A stretch of DNA of 64,000 nucleotides, taken from positions 215,202,001-215,266,000 of the forward strand of contig NC_091980.1 of assembly GCF_044704955.1 (NCBI RefSeq). Reading direction: 5' to 3'. Made by a program: the position numbers and the translations under genes. The DNA is from Pristiophorus japonicus (taxonomy: Eukaryota). Position 1 is the stretch's first letter, and each line of letters starts with the position of its first letter. Under the pieces are notes generated by a model that saw only the letters and a list, made by a program, of their open reading frames with translations, was not told where the DNA came from and did not search any database. This document shows, piece after piece, positions 12,619 through 23,915 of the stretch.

Positions 12619-15501
12619 TTCATAGCCACTTAGGAGCAGTCCCGTGCAATAAATTTTTAAGCCGGTTCACGGACTCCCAGGCCGCCTGCAATTTCTGCGG
12701 TCTGGAAGAGTCCGTGTTCCATGTTTTTATTGAATGCACAAGGTTGCAGCCCCTGTTCCACTATTTGAAGGGGCTGCTCCTGAAATTCTGGCTGCACTTC
12801 AGTCCCACTCTCCTGATCTTTGGGCACCCTGTGCGGAGGGGAGCGGGTAGGTCCGAAGGCCTCCTCGTAGGACTGCTCCTGGGCACGGCCAAGGGTGCCA
12901 TCAGCCGGTCCAGGCAGCGGGCGGTCGAGGGGGTCGTTCAACCTGACTGCCTGCCTCTCTTCCGCTCTTACATCCGGTCCAGGGTGTCCTTGGAGATGGA
13001 GCACGCGGTGTCCACCGGTACGCTCGCGGCCTTCCGTGAGAGGTGGGCACCGGAGGGACTGGAGTGCATCATCACGCCCGGCAACCAAATTTTAATTTGA
13101 TTTTACGTTTTAAAGTTTAATTTGTTTTAATTGCCGGTGCTTTTAGTGTCCCCCTCCCCTTTTATAGGGGGCACTGGGAAAATTTGATTTTAGCGCCCCA
13201 AAAAAAAAAAAAAAAAAATAATTTAAAAAAAAAAGGGGCCTTGAAAATGTCTGCTGTGTCACCCAGGTCGGGTGGCATGGTCTTAATGTTTTATGTTTTG
13301 CAGGTAAACTCAAAAGAGTTTCATAGCCACTTAGGAGCAGTCCCGTGCAATAAATTTTTAAGCCGGTTCACGGACTCCCAGGCCGCCTGCAATTTCTGCG
13401 GTCTGGAAGAGTCCGTGTTCCATGTTTTTATTGAATGCACAAGGTTGCAGCCCCTGTTCCACTATTTGAAGGGGCTGCTCCTGAAATTCTGGCTGCACTT
13501 CAGTCCCACTCTCCTGATCTTTGGGCACCCTGTGCGGAGGGGAGCGGGTAGGTCCGAAGGCCTCCTCGTAGGACTGCTCCTGGGCACGGCCAAGGGTGCC
13601 ATCAGCCGGTCCAGGCAGCGGGCGGTCGAGGGGGTCGTTCAACCTGACTGCCTGCCTCTCTTCCGCTCTTACATCCGGTCCAGGGTGTCCTTGGAGATGG
13701 AGCACGCGGTGTCCACCGGTACGCTCGCGGCCTTCCGCGAGAGGTGGGCACCGGAGGGACTGGAGTGCATCATCACGCCCGGCAACCAAATTTTAATTTG
13801 ATTTTACGTTTTTTAAGTTTAATTTGTTTTAATTGCCGGTGCTTTTAGTGTCCCCCTTCCCTTTTATAGGGGGCACTGGGGAAAATTGTGATTTTAGTGC
13901 CCAAAAAAAAACCAAAAAAGAAAAACACAAAAAAAAACAAAAAAAAAAGGGGGGGGAAAAAAAAAGGGCCTTGTAAATGTCTGGAGTGTCACCCAGGTCG
14001 GGTGGCACCGTTTAATGTTTTTATGTTTTGCAGGTAAACTCAAAAGAGTTTCATAGCCACTTCGGAGCAGTCCCGTGCAATAAATTTTTAAGCCGGTTCA
14101 CGGGCTCCCAGGCCGCCTGCAATTTCTGCGGTCTGGAAGAGTCCATGTTCCATGTTTTTACCGAATGCACGAGGTTGCAGCCCCTGTTTTATTATTTAAA
14201 GGGGCTGCTCCTGAAATTCTGGCTGCTCTTCAGTCCCACACTCCTGATCTGTGGGCACCCTGTGCGGAGGGGAGCGGGTAGGTCCGAGGGCCTCCTTGTA
14301 GGACTGCTCCTGGGCACGGCCAAGGGTGCCATCAGCCGGTCCAGGCAGCGGGCGGTCGAGGGGGTCGTTCAACCTGACTGCCTGCCTCTCTTCCGCTCTT
14401 ACATCCGGTCCAGGGTGTCCTTGGAGATGGAGCACGCGGTGTCCACCGGTACGCTCGCGGCCTTCCGCGAGAGGTGGGCACCGGAGGGACTGGAGTGCAT
14501 CATCACGCCCGGCAACCAAATTTTAATTTGATTTTACGTTTTAAAGTTTAATTTGTTTTAATTGCCGGTGCTTTTAGTGTCCCCCTTCCCTTTATAGGGG
14601 GCACTGGGGAAAAATTGTGATTTTAGTGCCCCAAAAAAAAACCAAAAAAAAGAAAAACACAAAAAAAAAGGAAAAAACTTGTAAATGTCTGGTGTGTCAC
14701 CCAGTTCGGGTGGCACGGTTTAATGTTTTGTTTTACAGATAAACTCTAAAAGAGTTTCATAGCCACTTAGGAGCAGTCCCATGCAATAAATTTTTAAGCC
14801 GGTTCACGGGCTCCCAGGCCGCCTGCAATTTCTGCGGTCTGGAAGAGTCCGTGTTCCACATTTTTACCGAATGCACGAGGTTGCAGCCCCTGTTTTATTA
14901 TTTAAAGGGGCTGCTCCTGAAATTCTGGCTGCACTTCAGTCCCACACTCCTGATCTGTGGGCACCCTGTGCGGAGGGGAGCGGGTAGGTCCGAGGGCCTC
15001 CTTGTAGGACTGCTCCTGGGCACGGCCAAGGGTGCCATCAGCCGGTCCAGGCAGCGGGCGGTCGAGGGGGTCGTTCAACCTGACTGCCTACCTCTCTTCC
15101 GCGCGTACATCCACGCCAGGGTGTCCTTGGAGATGGAGCACGCGGTGTCCACCGGTACGCTCGCGGCCTTCCGCGAGAGGTGGGCACCGGAGGGACTGGA
15201 GTGCATCATCACGCCTGGCAACCAAATTTTAATTTGATTTTATGTTTTAAAGTTTAATTTGTTTTAATTGCCGGTGTTTTTAGTGTCCCCCTCCCCTTTT
15301 ATAGGGGGCACTTGAAGGAAAAAAATATGATTTTAGTGCCCCAAAAAAAACCTTTTTAAAAAAAAACAACAAAAAACCCCCCCAAAAAAAACCACAAAAA
15401 AAGGGCCTTGGAAATGTTTGGTGTGCCCCCCCAGATCGGGGGGACACGATTTAATGATTTAATGTTTTAATTTTCTCCCAAAAAAAATTCATAGCCACTT
15501 A
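12619..15501 (+). mobile_element. Tandem array of four Tx1-clade non-LTR retrotransposon 3' ends separated by a 13-14 bp direct repeat
   Basis: TTCATAGCCACTT at 12619, 13320, 14050, 14756 and 15488 (periods 701, 730, 706, 732). Each unit encodes GAVPCN...CNFCGLEESVFH.F.ECTRLQPL...FWLHFSP..., a CCHC zinc finger closely resembling the recalled C-terminus of Xenopus Tx1 ORF2p, followed by an A-rich 3'UTR. Confidence 0.9.
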
Positions 15502-15802
15502 CACAAATTCAGCTGAGTTCCATTCAGTAATCAGCCTTCAATCCTTGACTCCAGCTCCATCTGGCTCTTAAAGGGGAGGTCATTTGAACCTGCTGCTGCT
15601 CATTTACAGCATTGCTGAAGTCAGCCACTCATCTCTGGAGCTGAGGAAGCTTGTGAAATGCCTGCTGGAAATCCCCCTTCAAGGGAGCACGCTACAAGAT
15701 TCAGAAATGTGACTCTGGAGGCATTGGTGGGGACACTTGAGACCAAGAGGGAGTCCCTGTTCCCTGCATCGGAAGGAGGCCATCACCGCAGTTTTTCCGT
15801 GC

Positions 15803-18800
15803 TGTCATGTATCCTACATGTGTACTGTTGATACCATTACACATGATGTACCACCAGAGGACACTGCAGTGGGAGACTTGTAGGTTACCTGTACAGGTGT
15901 GCCAGGCCGACTATAAAAGGCAGGCCACCATGTGTGATCCTCACTCTGGTGTTACAAATAAAGGACTAAGGCCACTACAGTTCAAGTCCAATATTTTGCC
16001 TCGTGGAGTAATTATCAGAGCATCTAAAGACATAACAATTGGCGACGAGATTACGGACCTTCACGTGAAAATGGCTAACTTTGGTACGTTGCAGCAGTTT
16101 GTCGATGGTGATGATTGGGACGCCTTTGTAGAGAGGCTCGACCATTTCTTCACAGCAAACGACCTGGCAGGCGACAATCCGGCCACACTGGTTGATAAGC
16201 GCAGAGCTATCCTGCTAACCAGTTGTGGGCCCACTGTCTATGGCCTCGTCAGGGACTTGCTGGCAGCAGCGAAGACAACGACCAAGACATACGAGGAGCT
16301 TGTAATGCTGATCCAAGAACAACTCAAGCCCAAAGAGAGCATCCTCATAGCCAGACACCGGTTTTATACACACCGACGGCCCGAAGGCCAGGAAATCATG
16401 AAAAATGCTGCAGAGCTCAGCAGGTTGGCGGCACCATGTGATTTCAGCAACCACCTCACTGAAGCGCTGCTGGATATCTTTGTCATTGGAATCGGCCATG
16501 AGGGCCTTCTTCATAAGCTGCTGTCTGTGGACACCACAGTCACACTGCAGAAGGCCATCGCTGTGAGCCAGGCATTCATGACCTCTAGGCGGATGACTCA
16601 TCCTCAGGACTCAAACCCGGCAAGTACTGTACAAAGAATGACGCCTTTTACAGGCTGGACTGTAGAATGTGAATCTTCTCAGGGAAGAGAGAACAGGCCC
16701 CTGACTCCCTTAACTCAGAATCCGCCAAGGGGGTCTAAGCAAGTAGCTCCATGCTGGCGATGCGGAGGGAATCGCAGGGCTCACCAGTACCGTTTTAAAG
16801 TCCGTGTGTAAAGGCTGCAGCACAAAGGGCCACCTCCAGCGAATGTGTAAAAGAAATATGACTCTGTGTTGATGAAGAGTCTGCAGATGGCCATGAATCC
16901 AGCGCAGATTATGAAATGATAGTCAGAGAGGCAGCTCAGCCTCACAATGAGATATATGGCATGTTTACCTGCACCACCGAATGTTCTCCGTTGAGGATAG
17001 AAGTCGAGATAAATGGCATTCCAGTCTTCATAGAAGTTGACACGGGGGCGAACCAATCAGTAATGAATCAAGAAGCCTTTCAGAGGCTATGGGACAATCA
17101 GGCTGAACGACCCAATTTGGTCCTGGTTCAGGCAAAGCTGCGCACCTATATCAATGAACTCGTACCAGTCGTTGGTAGTGCAGATGTAAAGGTACTCCAT
17201 GATGGTGCGATGCACAAGTTACCCCTGTGGATTGTTGCAGGTGATGGATCAACGCTACTCGGAAGAATGTGGATGGAGAAGATCCATTGGAGTTGGGAAG
17301 ATTTCATCCCTCCAGCGATCGACATCGCCCACGCTCAGACGCAAAGCAAGCCCTCACCTGAGGTTAGATCCGGCACCAGAGAGCAGACCAGCACAGCACC
17401 CGAGGCACAGACCGCTCAGCACGGTTGCGTGGAGATGATCCAGCTGAGACAACCCAAACGCACCTTCCAGGCTCCTGTGGCAGGACTCCGGAGGAAGAAA
17501 CTTGGATCCAAAGGCGACTTCCCAGCTTCGGTGGCCGAACCCAGAGAGAAGAGGATCACCGCAGCTGACATCGTGGATGGAAGAAAGATGGCAGCAGCCA
17601 GACCACGAGGTGCAGCGCTGATGGAGCAACACGTGGTACCCAGCGAAGAAGAGGATTGGGGTAAAGATAGCAAGGCTCCCTTAAAGGAGGTCAGCAACCA
17701 ACCACACTTAAAGGGGTAGTTCCACATTCTCAATCAATGTAATAACAACTGTGAGTTAGAGGTAAAATGCGTAATTGATGATCAGAGTTGTGTACATGCA
17801 ATAAGCAAAGAAAAGTCTTGCAATTGCAATCGGAGCTACAGTTTATTACAGCTACAGGAAGTTGTTGAGGCCAATTCACTAAATATATTCAAAAAGGAGT
17901 TAGATGTAGTCCTTACTACTAGGGGGATCAAGGGGTATGGCGAGAAAGCAGGAATGGGGCACTGAAGTTGCATGTTCAGCCATGAACTCATTGAATGGCA
18001 GTGCAGGCTCGAAGGGCCGAATGGCCTACTCCTGCACCTATTTTCTATGTTTCTATGTTTCTAATGAAACATTGTGCGATATAGGATTTCAATTGCATTC
18101 AGTTAATGCAGCGGGCAAACACCCATCGGGAGCACACAGGTCCAGCGATCTACCCAATGCTGTAGCCTGCATCCCTGGGACGAGAGTAATGCACCATGGA
18201 GTGTGGCCACAAGCAGCTAATACACACACGCTGCAGAGCAAGCGATCTCAGGAGGGCAACGGCATCGGTATCGATACCCTGCCCCTGATCGTCTCCATCT
18301 CAGAGGCACCTGATGGCACCAACCCCCATGAGCCTGAAAGAGTAAACTGCGCTAAGGCGCAGCCCCCAGACTCTATTGCCACCAAGGCTACACCTGGGAA
18401 TGAAGGATCCCCCGCAAAGGTTCTCCGAAATGGGACCGGGACCAGCCAGGATCCCAAACCAATAACGCCCAGGCAAGCGAGTCAGCATTTCCCTGTGCAC
18501 TGCTAGACGACTGCTCCTCAGGGAGCAGCAGCGACCCGGGGCACAAGGAGAGAACAGGGAGGTTACAGGCATCTGTGAACCTGTCCGATCCTAGGAGCAA
18601 CGGCACAAGCCCCGAGAGCAGGCAACTTGAGCCAACTGGGTTCCCATTGCCAGCACTGGGCACCGCGCCACCACCAGACTACCTGGACACCATCCAGCAG
18701 TTCTGGCACTAGTATGTACCTCACCAGTCAAAAGTACTTGCCTCACAACGGTACCACGAATGTAATGCTGTAAATGCAAATTTTTCTTTTTGGACTTGAA

Positions 18801-19277
18801 TGTAGATGAATGTAATGAGCCACCAGCACAATCTTTAGGTCGGGGGCGGGGAGGCGGGGGGGGCGGGAAGAGAGAATGAGAATGGAGTGGTCATGGACGC
18901 ACAAACAAAAACCACCAGCACCTCTACTGCCATCGAAACACCACCCACTCACCCAAGATGGAAACGACCCTCCAAGGGTCAACCAGATAGAGCTAAGCCC
19001 AGTGCACAGTCAATGCATGAAGATGATTTGCACGAAGGACTTGGGGGAGAGTGATGCCATGTAACCTACATGTTTACTGCTGGTACCATTACACATGATG
19101 TACCACCAGAGGGCACTGCAATGGGAGACTTGTAAGTTGTGCCAGGCTTAGTATAAAAGGCAGGCCACCATGTGTGATCCTCATTCTGGAGTTACAAATA
19201 AAGGACGAAGATTACTACAGTTCAAGTGCAACACATTGCCTTGTAGAGTCATTATCAGAGCATCTAAAGACATAACA
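15803..19277 (+). mobile_element. Gypsy-type LTR element with gag and protease only
   Basis: TG...CA LTRs 15803-16037 and 19055-19277; TSD CGTGC; PBS TGGCGACGAG (complementary to the tRNA-Ser(GCT) 3' end); PPT GGGGGAGAG; gag with CWRCGGN, protease EVDTGANQS; no RT or integrase motifs. Confidence 0.92.
17857..18062 (+). mobile_element. Short CR1 3' tail inside the LTR element
   Basis: Matches the CR1 3' end at 61890-62092, ending ttctatgtttctatgtttct. Confidence 0.9.
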
Positions 19278-20435
19278 CGTGCCATGTGGCAAGAGGTAGC
19301 ACAGGAGGTGTCACCCAGCACTGTGGTGCAGAGAAGCCTCACCCAGTGCCTCAAAAAATTAAACGACCCATGTTGGGTCGTGAAGGTGAGTACAAGCTTC
19401 CACACCTCCTCCATACCAGCCTCTCAACCTCTGTTTGCGCACACTGTGCAAACCATCACCACTCAATCACCAAGCATCTGCAGATGCTCACACTCACATC
19501 CTCATCTCACGCCATGCCTACATTCACAGCTGTTTAAGCACGGCAGGCATATCTTCCACATACATAGTTGGACTCTTATACACACAAGTTTATGTCTTTT
19601 GCAGGCCAATATGGCACATAACAGACGGGAGCAGCAGAGAACTGGAGGAGGGAACCTGAACTGCGGCCCCTCTCTGACTTTGAGGAGCAAGTGCTGGGGC
19701 TTATTGGCCTGCAGGTGGTGGGTGCCATGGCCAGCGGAGACGTCGACCACACTGGGAGCAACAACAGTATCTTTGTTCCCCCCCCTCCTGTTCCACCCCC
19801 ACCCCCGCCCCCGCCCCCACACCAGAATGCTTTATCACTTTACAGCTCCTGATACTTTCTTCATTACTTGCTCCATTCCTGCCCCACTGCCCTCACATTA
19901 ATGTGAGTCTTGTACCATTTATGCTTTCAGCTAACCAGGCAGAAGCTATCTATCCTGCACCTGAGCCGTCCCCCTGTCCCCCCGCCGCCCCACCTCCACC
20001 AAAGACATTGCAGAGGGAGAGGAGGAGGTTGAAGAGCAGGAGGAGGAGCAGCTGAGCACTACGCCATTGTTTCTCTCATCCGCAGGCACCAGCTCAGATA
20101 CTGGCTCTACACATTCCTTAGGCAGGTAGAGGGGTCTGCACTGGGTGATGCACCCTGGCCTAGCAGGCTGCAGCAAGGCCAAGGAGAAAAGGAACTTCGG
20201 GGGCCATCTCCACATTGGGCAAGATTGCCTGCGAGTCTGCAGCACAAGATTGAGATGATGACCTCAATGGGGAGGCATTCATACAAAGGGTGATGGCCAT
20301 GCTCTCTGACATCATAGGTGCAATGGCAAGGGTGCCCGAGAGGCTCACGGCAGTGGTACAGAACGTGGAGGAGTCCGCCTCCTGCATTGTACAGAGCTCT
20401 GCGCACACCATGGAGCCTATCATTCCAATCTGCAG

Positions 20436-22915
20436 AAGAACATAAGAAATAGGAGCAGGAGTAGGCCATACAGCCCCTCGAGCCTGCTCTGCCATTTTAT
20501 ACTATCTTGGCTGATCCGATCATGGACTCAGGTCCACTTCCCTGCCCGCTCCCCATAACCCCTTAGTCCCTTATCGGTTAAGAAACTGTCTATCTCTGTC
20601 TTAAATTTATTCAATGTCCCAGCTTCCACAACTCTCTGAGGTAATGAATTCCACAGATTTACAACCCTCTGAGAAAATACATTTTTCATCTCAGTTTTAA
20701 ATGGGCGGCCCCTTATTCTAAGATTATGCCCCCTAGTTCTAGTCTCCCCCATCAGTGGAAACATTCTCTCTGCATCCACCCTGTCAAACCACCTCATAAT
20801 CTTATACATTTTGATAAGATCACCTCTCAATTTTCTGAATTCCAATGAGTAGAGGCCCAACCTACTCAACCTTTCCTCATGGGTCAACCCCCTCATCTCT
20901 GGAATCAACCTCGTGAACTTACTCTGAACTGCCTCCAAAGCAAGTATATCCTTTCGTAAATACGGAAACCAAAACTGCATGCAGTATTCCAGATGTGGCC
21001 TCACCAATACCCTGTATAACTATAGCAAGACTTCCCTTTTTACTCCAACCCCTTTGCAACAAAGACCAAGATTCCATTGGCCTTCCTGATCACTTGCTAT
21101 ACCTGCATACTAACCTTTTGTGTTTCATGCACAAGTACCCCCAGGTCCCACTGTACTGCAGCACTTTGCAAACTTTCTCCATTTAAATAATAACTTGCTC
21201 TTTGATTTTTTCTGTCAAAGTGCATGACCTCACACTTTCCAACATTATACTCCATCTGCCAAATTTTTGCCCACTCACTTAGCCTGTCTATGTCCTTTTG
21301 CAGATTTTTTGTGTCCTTCTCACATTGCTTTTCCTCCCATCTTTGTATTGTCAGCAAACTTGGCTACGTTACACTGACTTCTTTCAAGTCGTTAATATAG
21401 ATTGTAAATAGTTGTGGTCCCAGCACTGACCCCTGCGGCATCCCACTAGTTACTGATTTCCAACCCGAGAATGAACGATTTATCCCGACTCTGTTTTCTG
21501 TTCATTAGCCAATCCTCTATCCATGCTAATATATTACCCCGAACCCCGTGAACTTTTATCTTGTGCAGTAATCTTTTATGTGGCACCTTGCCTTCTGGAA
21601 GTCCAAATACACCACATCCACTGGTTCCCCTTTATCCACCCTGTTTGTTGCATCCTCAAAGAATTCCCCTTTATACAGTCATGCTGACTCTGCCTGACCG
21701 AATTATGCTTTTCCAAATGTCCTGCTACTACTTCTTTAATAATGGACTCCAACATTTTCCCAACCACAGATGTTAGGCTAACTGGTCTATAATTTTCTGC
21801 TTTTTGGCTGCCTCCTTTTTTAAATAGGGGCCTTACATTTGCAGTTTTCCAATCTGCAGAATCCAGGGAATTTTGGTAAATTACAACCAGTGCATCCACT
21901 ATCCCTGCCGCTACTTCTCTTAAGACCCTAGATTGCAAGCCATCAGGTCCAGGGGAGTTATCTGCCTTTAGTCCCATTATCTTATTGAGTACCACCTCCT
22001 TAGTGATTGTGATTGTGTTAAGTTCCTCCCCCCCCTATAGCCCCTTGACTATCCACTGTTGGGATATTGTTAGTGTCCTCGACTGTAAAGACTGATACAA
22101 AATATTTCTTCAGAGTGTCTGCCATCTCCATGTTCCCCATTACTAATTCCCCGGTCTCATCCGCTAAGGGACCAACATTCACTTTAGCCATTCTTTTCCT
22201 TTTTAGATACCTATTGAAACTCTTGCTATCTGTTTTTATATTTTGTGCTAGTTTACTTTCATAGTCTATCTTCCCTTTCTTAATCATCTTTTTAGTCATT
22301 CTTTGCAGGCTTTTAAAAGCTTCCCAATCTTCTATCCTTCCACTAGTTTTGGCCACTTTGTATACCCTTGCTTTTAATTGGATACCGTTCTTTATTTCTT
22401 TAGTTAGCCACAGATAGCTATCTTTTCTCTTACACCCTTTCCTCCTCACTGGAATATATTTTTCTTGAGAGTTGTGAAATATCTCCTTAAATATACACCA
22501 CTGTTCATCAACCGTCCTACACTTTAATCTATTTTCCCAGTCCACTTTAGCCAACTCTGCCCTCATACCTTTATAGTCTCCTTTATTTAAGCTCAGTACA
22601 CTGGTTAGAGATCCAACTTTCTCACCCTCCATCTGAATTTGAAATTCAATCATACTATGATCACTCATTCGAAGGGTATCCTTTACTAGGACATTGTTTT
22701 CTGTCTCATTACACAGGACCAGATCCAAGATAGCCTGCCCCCTGGTTGGTTCAGTTACATACTGCTCAAGGAACCCATCCCTTATGCACGCTATGAACTC
22801 TTCCTCAAGGCTACCCTGACTAATTTGATTTGTCCAATCAATATGGAGGTTAAAATCACCCATGATTATTGCTGTTCCCTTTTTACAAGCCCCCAATATT
22901 TCCTGGTTTATGCTC
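20436..22915 (-). mobile_element. CR1 LINE (disrupted ORF2) inserted in the Harbinger Myb gene
   Basis: [29 protein letters not shown] and RPHLEYC motifs on the minus strand; (CTTATGTT)-type tail at 20436. Confidence 0.92.
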
Positions 22916-23255
22916 AGACCACCTGCAGACGATGGTGAACTCCCAGAGAGATCATGTGGATCCAGACCTCATGACGCTGGTCATGGGAAACATGGCAACT
23001 TCTATTGCAGCACAGGCAGAAGCAACTCAATGTCTTAGTGCTGTAATGCAGACAATGGTTGGTAGCATCGAAGCTCATACTGCTCTTATGCAGTCTCAGG
23101 TTGATGCCACACAACGTCTTGGTGCTGTCATGCAGTCAGTGAGTGCTGGCATCAAGTCTCAGACTGCTCTCATGCAGTCTCAGCTGGATGCCACACATGC
23201 TCTCACTGCTGCCATCACCGCTGGGTCCACCACAGTCCACCGAGGATCTCACGGT

Positions 23256-23578
23256 TTCATAGAAACATAGAAAATAGGTGCAAGAGTAGGCCATTCGGCC
23301 CTTCGAGCCTGCACCGCCATTCAATGAGTTCATGGCTGAACATGCAACTTCAGTACCCCATTCCTGCTTTCTCGCCATACCCCTTGATCCCCCTAGTAGT
23401 AAGGACTACATCTAACTCCTTTTTGAATATATTTAGTGAATTGGCCTCAACAACTTTCTGTGGTAGAGAATTCCACAGGTTCACCACTCTCTGGGTGAAG
23501 AAACTTCTCCTCATCTCGGTCCTAAATGGCTTACCCTTTATCTTTAGACTGTGGCTTACCCCTTATCCTTAGACTATG
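23256..23578 (-). mobile_element. CR1 3' end (unedited)
   Basis: catagaaacatagaaaataggtgca... tail followed by ORF2 3' sequence. Confidence 0.9.
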
Positions 23579-23915
23579 CCTAAGAAAGGCAGAGAGAAAT
23601 TTGTCCATGATCTACATAGCACTCATCCTGGTATTGTCATGATGAAAGCCATTGCCAGGTCTCATGTATGATGACCTGGAATTGACTCTGATCTGGAATC
23701 ATGTGTGCATCAGTGCAACACTTGCATGCAGCTAATTAAAGCATCAGCGAAATCGCCGCTGAGTCTGTGATCGTGGCCATCTAAACCATGGTCCAGGATC
23801 CACATTGACTTTGCAGGTCTCTTCCTGGGAAAGATGTTTTTAGTTGTGGTGGATGCATATTCCAAGTGGATATGGTGTATAATCATGTCATCCAGTACAT
23901 CCACAGCTACCATTG
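23579..23915 (+). mobile_element. Isolated Gypsy integrase fragment (HHCC zinc-binding region and core start)
   Basis: Reads LHSTHPGIVMMKAIARSHV...DLESCVHQCNTC...PWSRIHIDFAG...FLVVVDAYSKW, homologous to ORF 54491-55495; no LTRs nearby. Confidence 0.85.

Noticed and set aside
12618-12632. Target site being part of a known small RNA gene (U2, 5S, tRNA, miR-103-like TCATAGCC)
   Set aside because: The reconstructed empty site does not extend into any RNA gene I recognise; a database search is still needed.
12462-15237. Tandem host gene family encoding ~200 aa zinc-finger proteins
   Set aside because: The predicted N-termini differ and come from flank or UTR sequence with non-ATG starts; the shared part is a Tx1 ORF2 C-terminus.
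12619-15501. CRISPR array
   Set aside because: The repeats are only 13-14 bp, the intervening units are ~700 bp and homologous to each other, there are no cas genes, and the context is eukaryotic. The similarity is architectural only.
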